From contig CAWCFX010000002.1 of the NCBI GenBank assembly GCA_963795085.1, positions 384,001 through 448,000 of the forward strand: a stretch of 64,000 nt of DNA, written 5' to 3'. The translations under genes and the position numbers were made by a program. Below, piece after piece: positions 49,612 through 58,500 of the stretch. The stretch's first letter is position 1, and each line of letters starts with the position of its first letter. This stretch comes from an uncultured Gemmatimonadales bacterium. Its GTDB lineage: Bacteria; Gemmatimonadota; Gemmatimonadetes; Gemmatimonadales; GWC2-71-9. The notes below the pieces were generated by a model, which was given only the letters and a program-made list of their open reading frames with translations, was not told the origin of the DNA and did no database searches.

Positions 49612-50367
49612 TCACCAGAGTTTCTCGCCTCCCGCCAGGATATCGTTCAGGGCGTCATTGAAATAGGTGGTGGACTCGGCGATCTCGGCGCCGACCTGGT
49701 CGCGGTATTCCTCCCAGCTCTTCTTGATCTCTTCCCCGAACGCTTCCTTGAGGGTCCCGGAGCGAAGCCCCTCCTGCCGCCGGTCGGGGTAATAGACCAC
49801 GAGGTCAGAGATCAGGGCCCGCGCCAGGCGGCGTGCCTTCTGCTGCGGATCCTGCGACATGAACGGGTTGACCAGCCGGCGCCCAGCGGGCGGTGTGGCG
49901 GCCGCCGGCGGGGCCGGCCGTGGCGGCGGGGCCGGAGGAATGGCGGCTGCCGGACGCGCCGCTTCGGACCCGCTGGACCGGGTCGGTGCGGCGACCGGCG
50001 GAATCGCGACCGAAGGCCGAGGCTGCCCGGTCGTCACTCCCCGGGGCGCGGTGGTTCGAGGCAGGGGCGCCGGCTCAGGGGCGGGCCGGGACTCCGGCTC
50101 CTCAAACACCGGCGCAGGCAGGGGCGGCTCGGGCGCGGGCGGTGGGGGTGGCGGGGGCGGCAGCGGCGCGGCCTCCACGACCTCCCTGGGGGCCGGGGTG
50201 GGGACGGCCTCCTGGAACGGTTCGCTGGCCCGGGGCCGGGCATCTGCCGGGGCCGGCACCTGGAATACCGCGGCGCAACTACGGCAGCGCGCCCGTACGC
50301 CGCGCTCGGGGACCTTGGCGGGGTCCACCCGGTACACCGTGCTGCAACTGGGACAGATGACGTTCAT
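49612..50367 (-). CDS. MJ0042-type zinc-ribbon + Pro-rich linker + RomX-like helical domain protein
   Basis: CPSC..YRV..RARCRSC; C-terminal ARRLARALISD..Y...EEIKKS..EY...F.DALNDI..W; ATG at 50367. Confidence 0.75.
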   Translation of the reverse strand: MNVICPSCSTVYRVDPAKVPERGVRARCRSCAAVFQVPAPADARPRASEPFQEAVPTPAPREVVEAAPLPPPPPPPPAPEPPLPAPVFEEPESRPAPEPAPLPRTTAPRGVTTGQPRPSVAIPPVAAPTRSSGSEAARPAAAIPPAPPPRPAPPAAATPPAGRRLVNPFMSQDPQQKARRLARALISDLVVYYPDRRQEGLRSGTLKEAFGEEIKKSWEEYRDQVGAEIAESTTYFNDALNDILAGGEKLW

Positions 50368-50374
50368 GCTTCCC

Positions 50375-51352
50375 CTAGCGCTCAGGTCGTGGGGCGCCCG
50401 GTTCCGGCGGGTCACCGGAGGTCCGCCGGTCCACAACGAAGACAGACCCAGGCAGGGTCTTGGCGTAGCTCTTCATCTCGGTGGCCAACTCGCTCACCTG
50501 GGCCGGATGAGCGAACCGCCGGTTCCGGTTGGTAACGATGCCGATGGACAGCGTCATCAGGGGGACCCGGTGCAGCTGTCCCCGGCGGTCCTTTCCGAAG
50601 AAATACCCGGCCCGCCGGTCCTGGTCGTTGTACTGCAGCGGCATCAACGTGTCGAAGACGTTGAGGATTTCGGTGCAGACGACGCTGATATCGCCGGAGG
50701 GAATGATAAAGATGAAATCATCGCCCCCGATGTGGCCCACGAACCCGCGACTGCCGGACATGCCCTTGACCACGTCATGCAGCAGCCGGGAGACCAGATA
50801 GATGACCCGGTCGCCGTCGTAATAGCTGTACCGGTCGTTGAATTCCTTGAAGTGGTCCAGGTCGGCATAGCAGACGGCGAACTCGGTGCCCGCTTCCAGT
50901 TGCCGGCGGATCTCGCGCTCGATTTCGGTGGTGCCGGGAAGCCGGGTAGAGGGATGCACCGACACATCGCGCTGGGTGCGGACCAGCATGGCCTCGAGCC
51001 GGGCTCGTTGCTCGGCGGGCGAGAAGAGCCCGGTGATGACCTCGTCGGTCCCCGCCGCGAACCAGCTCTGCACCCGTTCGGCATCATGCGATTCGGAGAG
51101 CATGGCGACCGGGACGATGGCGGTAAAGGCGTCGCCCTTGAGCCGGGCCACCAGTTCGGTACCATCCTTGCCCGGCCGGTTGGCGTCCACGAACAGGATG
51201 CAGGGGAACCCGCGAAGAACGATGGACTCGACCTCCTCGGCCGATTCCAGGACCATCAGGGGGAACGCCTTGGCCTCCACCCACTGGCGCACCAGGGGGT
51301 GGACCGGGCGCGCGTCCGGCGAGTAATAGAGAATCGTCGGCCGAGTTCGCAC
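50375..51352 (-). CDS. Degenerate receiver + GGDEF (GGDDF) diguanylate cyclase-like protein
   Basis: DLDHFKEFND..GD, GHIGGDDF, TLSIG; N-terminal REC-like fold. Confidence 0.85.
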   Translation of the reverse strand: MRTRPTILYYSPDARPVHPLVRQWVEAKAFPLMVLESAEEVESIVLRGFPCILFVDANRPGKDGTELVARLKGDAFTAIVPVAMLSESHDAERVQSWFAAGTDEVITGLFSPAEQRARLEAMLVRTQRDVSVHPSTRLPGTTEIEREIRRQLEAGTEFAVCYADLDHFKEFNDRYSYYDGDRVIYLVSRLLHDVVKGMSGSRGFVGHIGGDDFIFIIPSGDISVVCTEILNVFDTLMPLQYNDQDRRAGYFFGKDRRGQLHRVPLMTLSIGIVTNRNRRFAHPAQVSELATEMKSYAKTLPGSVFVVDRRTSGDPPEPGAPRPER

Positions 51353-51432
51353 CCTCTACCCTCGTAAGAAGTGATAGGAAGCTAACTTACGGGCCTTGGA
51401 CAGAGAAGTCAAATGGGCCTCGGCTGAGAGAA

Positions 51433-51470
51433 ATTTCAGATTGACGATTTCAGATTTCGGATTGGTCATT
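51433..51470. repeat. Degenerate 7-bp tandem repeat (ATTTCAG-like) x5
   Basis: ATTTCAG ATTGACG ATTTCAG ATTTCGG ATTGGTC ATT. Confidence 0.65.
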
Positions 51471-51511
51471 CTCAGACCGCGGCATCCGGCCTCTGCAGTG
51501 CCCCTCGCGAT

Positions 51512-53272
51512 CTACAGGAAAAACGCCGCCACCCCGACCATCGCGTAGAGGGCCAGCAATTGGACGCCCTCGAACCAGTGAGACTCGCCGTCCAGGGTGA
51601 TGATGGCGGTCGCGATGGTGGACACCCCAATGGCTGCCACCTCGAAGGGGGTGAAGACCAGGTTCATGTTCTGGCCCAGGATCAGCCCGGCCAGCACCAG
51701 CAGTGGCGCCACCAGCAGGGCTACCTGGGTGCTGGATCCCAGCGCGATATTGAGCGCCAGGTCCATCTTGCCCTTGCGCGCCACCACGATCGCGGTGGCA
51801 TGCTCCGCGGCGTTGCCGATAATCGGGATTATGATCAGGCCCAGGAACATCTCGCTGAGGCCCAGCGTCGCGGTAACCGCCTCCACCGAGTGCACCAGGA
51901 TTTCGGACTCAAGGGCGACCCCGGCGGTGGCAACGCCCAGGACCAGGATGGCCTTGCCGATGCTCCAGGGCGTGCCCGCCTGCTCATGCTTTTCGCCCAT
52001 GAACAGGTCCTGGTGGGTCTTGAGGGCAAACAGCAGGGAAAAGAGATAGGTCACACCGAGAACGATGGCCACCCCTTCCGACATCCAGAGCTCCTGCTGG
52101 GCGGCTCTCGGGTGCAGCGCGTGAAAAATCGCGGGAAACAGTAACCCGGCCACCGCGAGGGCGAGCATCGCGGAACTCATGCCGGCCGCCGTCCGGTTGA
52201 ACCGGAGGATCGGGCGACCGCGCGATCCGGCAATCAGGGAGAGGCCCAGGATCAGCAGGAGGTTTCCGAGGATGCTGCCGGTGATCGAGGCCTTGACCAG
52301 TTCCACCAGCCCGGCCCGGAGCGCTACGATCGCGATGATCAGTTCGGCCGCGTTGCCGAAGGTGGCATTGAGAAACCCCCCCATCGCGGGGCCGGTTCGG
52401 TGGGCCAGGTGTTCGGTGGCCTCGCCCATGTAACCGGCCAGGGGAATGACGCCGAGGCAGGCGATCCCGAAGATCAGCACCGGCGAGGCGTGCATGGAGT
52501 TGAGCACGATGCTGGCCGGAACCGCCAGCAACAGGATGTTGCGCCAGGTGAAAATCGGATTGCGATGGGCGAGGATCGCGGGCCGCGGCGCGGACCGGGG
52601 CGACGGGAGAGCGTCGTCCCGCTCCGCGGAAGGCGTAGTCTCCTCTGTGCGAGGCCGGTCCCGGGCCGCACGCTCCCGAACCGGACGCTCCCGCTCGCTG
52701 CGTTCCTTGCGCTCCCGTCCCCGGCCTCTGGCTTCGGGTTCGCCCGCTGGCTGTCGCGCGGCGCCTGGTTCCCGAGGTTCCCTCGACTCCTTCGGTTCCC
52801 TGGGCTCCCGGGGCGCATCTGCAGGCGCGGGTTTCTTCTCGGCCGGAGGCGCCAGCAGAGAGCGGGCCCGGTCGGCACTCCCGCCGGCGGCCAGGGCCTG
52901 CTGGACCACGCCGCGCCGCTCCCGGAGCAACGCCAGCCACAGGTGTTCCGGCTCTACGGCCGGCTGGCCCTGCTGCCGAGCCTCGGTGGCGGCCAGGTCA
53001 AGGATCTTGCGGGCCCCCGACCGTACCCCCATGTCCGCCGCGGAAACCGTGCGGTCTCCCGGTTTGACGCTGGCATCGAGGTGAGCCCGGATCGCGGCCG
53101 AGTCCATCTCGGCCTTTGCCACCAGGGTATCGCCGTGGCCCGAAGGATCGGCCAGCAGCGCAAGGAGGAGATGCTCGGAGCCGATGAAATCGTGGCCCAG
53201 GCGCGCGGCCTCCGCCTTGGCCCCGTCCACCAGGCTTGCGGCCGCAGGGCTGAGGGTGTGGTTCGTCGTCAT
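51512..53272 (-). CDS. Ca2+/H+ exchanger (CAX/ChaA) with N-terminal Clp repeat domain
   Basis: Two Clp-N repeats (GSEHLLLALL, EPEHLWLALL), charged linker, alpha-1 FGNAAE and alpha-2 GNAAEH motifs. Confidence 0.88.
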   Translation of the reverse strand: MTTNHTLSPAAASLVDGAKAEAARLGHDFIGSEHLLLALLADPSGHGDTLVAKAEMDSAAIRAHLDASVKPGDRTVSAADMGVRSGARKILDLAATEARQQGQPAVEPEHLWLALLRERRGVVQQALAAGGSADRARSLLAPPAEKKPAPADAPREPREPKESREPREPGAARQPAGEPEARGRGRERKERSERERPVRERAARDRPRTEETTPSAERDDALPSPRSAPRPAILAHRNPIFTWRNILLLAVPASIVLNSMHASPVLIFGIACLGVIPLAGYMGEATEHLAHRTGPAMGGFLNATFGNAAELIIAIVALRAGLVELVKASITGSILGNLLLILGLSLIAGSRGRPILRFNRTAAGMSSAMLALAVAGLLFPAIFHALHPRAAQQELWMSEGVAIVLGVTYLFSLLFALKTHQDLFMGEKHEQAGTPWSIGKAILVLGVATAGVALESEILVHSVEAVTATLGLSEMFLGLIIIPIIGNAAEHATAIVVARKGKMDLALNIALGSSTQVALLVAPLLVLAGLILGQNMNLVFTPFEVAAIGVSTIATAIITLDGESHWFEGVQLLALYAMVGVAAFFL

Positions 53273-53325
53273 GGGATCGGGTGAACCGGGGCCCGCTCCG
53301 GAGCGGTCATCAGGCGGGGGCGCGG

Positions 53326-53493
53326 TCAGAGGGGTTTGGCTTCGTCAATCAGCATGATTGGGATCCCGTCTTCCACCGGGTACACCAGCCGGCACGCCAG
53401 GCATACCAGCGACTCGGGCTCTTGGCGATACTCGAGTTCGCCCCGGCACTTGGGGCAGACCAGGATCTCCAGCAGGTCGGGCGGCAGCGTCAT
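53326..53493 (-). CDS. Trm112/UPF0434 (YcaR-like) small protein
   Basis: 55 aa, [12 protein letters not shown]...[19 protein letters not shown]; below the ORF-track size cutoff. Confidence 0.9.
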   Translation of the reverse strand: MTLPPDLLEILVCPKCRGELEYRQEPESLVCLACRLVYPVEDGIPIMLIDEAKPL

Positions 53494-54368
53494 GGGTCGC
53501 GGTGTTCAGGGAATCCGAACCGGGTCAGGGCCGCGGCATTCTTGCGCCAGTTCGGCAGCACTTTGACCCAGCAGTCGAGATACACGGGATCGCCGATCAG
53601 CGTCTCCAGCCGGCGCCGGGCATGGCTTCCGAGCGCCTTGATGGTCCGTCCGCCGGCGCCGATCAGGATCGCTTTCTGGGTCTCCCGCTCGACGTACAGG
53701 GTCACCCGAATGTACACGGGTCGGTCGTCCTCGCGGTACTCCTCCACCTGCGCATTGAAGGCATAGGGCACCTCCTCTTCCAGCAACTCGAAGGCCGCCT
53801 CCCGGAGGTACTCCTCCACGAAGAAACGCATGGGCTGGGTCCCGATGTCGCCGGAATCGTACTCGAAAGGCCGTTCCGGCAGCAGCGGCTCGATCCGGGC
53901 CAGCAGTTGGGACAATCCCGCCCCCTGCTCCGAGGTGACCAGGCTACCGCCCTCCATGAGCCGCGCCCGCTCCTCGGCGGACACGACGTCGCCCTTGGTG
54001 TAGACCGCCACCACCGGTGCCCTGGGCGGCCGAGCCAGCCGGGCAACCTCGTGGAAGGGCGGCGCCGGGGCTTCCGGGGCGGGATGGAGGTGGAGGATGA
54101 CGTCGGCCCGGTCCAGCTGGTCCAGCGCCGCCGCCCGCATCCGCTCCTGCATGAGGTAGGACGGCTCCAGGAGCCCGGGAAGATCGTGGAAAATGTACTG
54201 GGTCGAGCCCTCGGTCCGCAGTCCCACCACGGGAAGCCGGGTCGCCTGGGGCTTGGGACTCACGATGCCGAGGTGTTCCCCGATCAGCAGGTTGAGAAGG
54301 GTGGACTTGCCCACATTGGGCAGCCCGGTCAGCGCCACGTGGCCGGAACGGGTCGCGGGTTCGGTCAT
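53490..54368 (-). CDS. era: GTPase Era
   Basis: [16 protein letters not shown] domain EEVPY..ILIG.GG; ATG at 54368. Confidence 0.93.
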   Translation of the reverse strand: MTEPATRSGHVALTGLPNVGKSTLLNLLIGEHLGIVSPKPQATRLPVVGLRTEGSTQYIFHDLPGLLEPSYLMQERMRAAALDQLDRADVILHLHPAPEAPAPPFHEVARLARPPRAPVVAVYTKGDVVSAEERARLMEGGSLVTSEQGAGLSQLLARIEPLLPERPFEYDSGDIGTQPMRFFVEEYLREAAFELLEEEVPYAFNAQVEEYREDDRPVYIRVTLYVERETQKAILIGAGGRTIKALGSHARRRLETLIGDPVYLDCWVKVLPNWRKNAAALTRFGFPEHRDP

Positions 54369-54385
54369 CGGAGGGAGTGCGGCAA

Positions 54386-55111
54386 TTACAGCGCGACGGC
54401 GCCCAGCCCGTACCAGACGCCGAACCCGAGGCTGATCACGCCGAGGGTGGGGATCATCCAGGCAAGCCGGCCGGACACGGCGGGGTGGGCCAGCAGGGCG
54501 CCGAAGAACGACGTCACCAGCAGCATGGAGACCGCCGTGCCCAGCGCAAAGAGCAGCAGCGCGACGATGGCCGCTGAAGGCGTTGGCGCCGCGCCCGCCA
54601 GGAGGACCCCCGCCGCCGCGGAACCGCCGATTCCGTGAATCAGCCCGATGCCGAAGGCCGCCACCGGCGAGCGGCCGAGGCCCTCGGCGTGGCGGTGCCC
54701 GTGCCGCTCCGGGTGCGGCGCATGGCGAGGGTGCTCGTGCATGTGGGGATGGGCGTGCATCTGTCCATCGTGGACGTGGGGATGGAGGTGGAAGTATCCC
54801 CGATACCAGCGAACCAGCAGCCGGAGCGCGAGCGCCACGATAACAGCCCCAATAGCCGCTTCCGCGACTTGCCGCACCACGGCGGGCAGGTGCTGCTGAA
54901 ACAGGACGATGGGGAGACCAAAGAGAAAGAGCGTCACCGCGTGGCCGAATCCCCATGCGGCGCCCAGGGTTCGGGCCCGGCGCAAACCGCCGGCGCGCGG
55001 ATCCAGCACCAGCGTGGACACGGCCGCGAGATGGTCCGGGTCGGTGGCATGCCGAAGACCCAGCAACATCGCCGCGACCATGGCCGTCCCCGCGCCGGCA
55101 CCCGGCATCAC
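54386..55111 (-). CDS. UreH/HupE/NiCoT-like nickel-cobalt permease
   Basis: GLRHATDPDH, WGFGH, His-rich loop, GLIHGIGGS. Confidence 0.8.
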   Translation of the reverse strand: MMPGAGAGTAMVAAMLLGLRHATDPDHLAAVSTLVLDPRAGGLRRARTLGAAWGFGHAVTLFLFGLPIVLFQQHLPAVVRQVAEAAIGAVIVALALRLLVRWYRGYFHLHPHVHDGQMHAHPHMHEHPRHAPHPERHGHRHAEGLGRSPVAAFGIGLIHGIGGSAAAGVLLAGAAPTPSAAIVALLLFALGTAVSMLLVTSFFGALLAHPAVSGRLAWMIPTLGVISLGFGVWYGLGAVAL

Positions 55112-55413
55112 GAGGTCCCCGAAAGGGAGGGAAGGGATGTCCTGGCCTGGAGGGCTTTCCGGATTTCGGCGGTGCCCGGGGCGCCCGCCAGACGGCAGGC
55201 CGAGGCGCCAGCCCGCGGCTCGCCGGTGATGTTCATGCCGTCCACCAGGATTGTTGGCGAGGGATAGCCGTCAAAGGGATCGTCGGGCCGTCCGGACAGC
55301 ACGTGCTCATGGTATTGCGGCTGGAGTCCCAGCGCCGCCATCTCGCGTACCAGACGCTCACGGGCAACGCCAGCATGGGGACAGTCGGGGACCAACACGA
55401 GGTCGATGGCCAT
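55108..55413 (-). CDS. Small thioredoxin-fold protein (CPH...SPT..VDG...CR; DUF2703-like)
   Basis: MAIDLVLVPDCPH, YPSPTILVDG, ACRL; ATG at 55413 preceded by TATCTT. Confidence 0.65.
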   Translation of the reverse strand: MAIDLVLVPDCPHAGVARERLVREMAALGLQPQYHEHVLSGRPDDPFDGYPSPTILVDGMNITGEPRAGASACRLAGAPGTAEIRKALQARTSLPSLSGTS

Positions 55414-55550
55414 GAACAAAAGATAGGGGATCGGCCCCGCCCGACCAACCGGGCGAGATGCCTCCCCGTTCCACGCTGCATACGGTCGGATCGGGGTGCG
55501 GGTCATCTGGGGTACCGGGGCACCTCGCCGGAGGCCTGGATGGCGGGACG

Positions 55551-58500
55551 CTATGTCGCGGCCGCCGCCGTCACCGCCTCCTTGACCCGGGCCGCCAGTG
55601 TCGCCGTGGTGAACGGCTTCAGCAACAGGGGGGTGTCGGCGTCGACCCTCCCCATCAAGGCAGTATCGTCCCGGGCGAAACCGGACATGAGAACGATGGG
55701 CAGTTCGGGGCAGAGTTCGGCCATACGCCCCTTCAGCTCAACCCCGTCCATCCCGGGCATGGACACGTCACTGACGACCAGGGTAAACACGGTTCTTCCA
55801 TCCACGATCAGACGGATGGCCTCACTGCCATCCCGCGCCTCCATGGTGGCATAGCCGATGTCGCGCAGGGTGCGAGCCGTCAACGACCGCACCCCCTCCT
55901 GGTCGTCCACGACAAGAATCGTCCCGCTGCCTTTTATCAGATCGGACGGTTCCGAGGGGGTCTTAACTGGGGAGGCGGATGACGCGACCTGGGGGAAATC
56001 AATCGTGAATGTCGTGCCTCGGCCCAACTCGCTTTCCACCCAGATCAACCCGCCGCTTTGTTTCACGACGCCATACACGCTGGCTAGTCCCAGCCCGGTG
56101 CCCTCGCCGATTCCCTTGGTGGTGAAGAAGGGCTCGAATACCCGGGCTTTGGTGGCGGGATCCATGCCGTGCCCGGAGTCGGTGACGATCAGACGGGCAT
56201 AGGTCCCTCGGGGTGCCACGGCGGTGTCTGGGTCGGTCGCCGAGAATCCGGCCGCATTCACGGTGGTCGTTTCGATCCGGATCTGCCCGGCCCCCTCGAT
56301 GGCATCCCGGGCGTTCATTACCAGGCTGACCAGCAGCTGCTCCATCTGTCCCAGGTCCGCATTGACCTGCCCCACCTGGTCGCCCAGCACGATGTCCAGG
56401 GCGATGTCCGGCCGGAGGAAGGGCCGAAGGTGCAATCGCGCCATGGCGATCAGCGCGTTCAGATCAAACTTGACCGGCTGGAGCATCTGGCGGCGGCTGA
56501 AGGCGAGCAGCTGCTGGCTGATCAAGGCGGACCGCTCCGCCGCCTTGAGAATGTGCACGGTATCGTCGCGGCCGGTTCCGGGGGGCGCTTCCCTCAGGAG
56601 GAAACCGGCCAGCCCGATCACGACGGTCATCTGGTTGTTGATTTCGTGCGCCACTCCGCCCGCGAGTTGGCCGATCGCCTGCATCCGGGACGTCTGGATG
56701 GCCGACTCTTCAGCCAGCTTCCGGGCCGTGATGTCCTTGAGCGCGAGGAGGATCCTTTGGGGCCCCTGCCACGTGATCATCCCGGCGCCGAGCTGAAAGA
56801 CCCGGCGGCCCAGCCGGCGGGAGACCAGCAGGATCTCCGGCCCCTCTACCGGTGAACTGGCTTGTGCGGCGCGGGCCAGGAAGCCATCAATGACCGCGGG
56901 GTCCCAGTCCTCGCCCCCCAGTTCACCGATGCTCAGCGACTCGAGCGAGGCGGCATCCGTGCCAAATGTCCGGTGAAACGCACGGTTGGCTTTCAACATC
57001 CGGCCGGTCTCATCCATCACCACCAGCGGATCGAGGATGGTCTCCACCACGGCCTCGCTATAGAACCGGGCGTCGCGAGCCTCGGCGACATTCGTTTTCA
57101 GCTTGTGAATATCCACGAAGGCGACCGCGACCGTTCCGCCGTCTTCGACCTGGTCAATCGGCCAGACCCGGAGCGCCCGCCAGCAGCCCAGCCGGTCCTG
57201 CAACTCCAACTCCTTGACCTTCCCGTCCGCGAAGGCGCCCTCGACCAGGGTTCCCAGATCTACCTGAATCAGCGGGAACATGGCGCGGCCCAGGGCCAGG
57301 CCGATGTTCGCCGGCGCCAGGTGAAAGTCGGCCGCGGCCCGTGAATTGTAGGCCCGGAGCCGGAGGTCCCGGGTGAGCAGCAATAACGGCATGTCGAGCG
57401 CTTCGAGCAGGCCGGTGACCTCGGCGCTCCGGGCCAGCAGTTCGGAATTGCGCTGCTGCATCTGTTCGTTGATCGTCGTCAGCTCTTCATTCAGCGATTG
57501 CAGTTCCTCCTTCGCCGACTCCAGCTCCTCGTTGGTACTCTGGTATTCTTCATTGACCGACAGGCTCGCCTCGTACGCCGCCTGGACCTCGGCGTTCGTG
57601 GTATCCTGCTGGTCAATGAACGCCTGAAGGAATTCCCGGCTCTCCGCCAATTCGGCTTCCAGTTCCGACCGGCCCGGGGCGCCGACCACCTTCTTCCGGC
57701 CCGTCCCGGTCTCGCCCTGCGGGGCTTCCTCGAAGACGACCAGAAAATGGCGCTCCTCGATGCCGTCAATCGGGACGGGTATCACACTCAGGTTCAGACG
57801 GCGTGCGCCCTTCCCTTTCCCGATTACCGCGCCCTGCTGCCGGACCGGCTGGTGGCCCTTCTTGACTCGCCGAAGGGTGCGGCCAAGGATCAGTTGCAGG
57901 TCAGGATGCGCCAGCCGAAGGAGCTGTGTGGTCGGCCCCCCGGTCGGTGCCTCGAGGAAGGCTCCGGTGAGGCCGTGATAGTGGAGAACCTCGAAATCCT
58001 GGTTCACGATCACGCTGGCGGACGGCTGGTGCGCGAAATAGGCCCGCTCAGCCGCCCGCAGAATTTCGGCGCTACTCCAGTGGCTGCGGGGCGGGTTGGC
58101 CGATGCCGCGCCACTGGAACCCTCGCTCCCCCCTTCGGCGGTTCGCGGCGGCCGCACGGTGTCCCGGGCGACCTGGAGCCGCGCCGGTCCCGGCCGGCGG
58201 AGGTAGATCTGGTGTTCCCGGTCAAAGGGCGTGAAGAGCCCTTCCACCCCGGTCACGGTTTCCGCCGGCCCCAGCACCAGGTACCCTCCTGGCTTGAGAG
58301 CATAGTGGATGTTCTGGAGCACTTTTCGCTGCAGCACGGGGTCGAGATAGATGAGCACATTGCAGCACAGGACCAGATCGATCTGGGGAAACGGCGGGTC
58401 ACACGTAGCATCGTGCCGGGCGAACACGCACAACTCACGCAGCCGCCGGGATACCTGGTAGCCATCGCTCACCGGGGCGAAGAAGCGAGTCAGTTCCTCC

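Noticed and set aside
50375..51352. Hypr-type cGAMP synthase
   Set aside because: The specificity Asp (GD after ND) is retained rather than replaced by Ser
55108..55413. Selenoprotein read-through in the thioredoxin-like gene
   Set aside because: Both motif positions are ordinary Cys codons and the TGA overlaps the next gene's start
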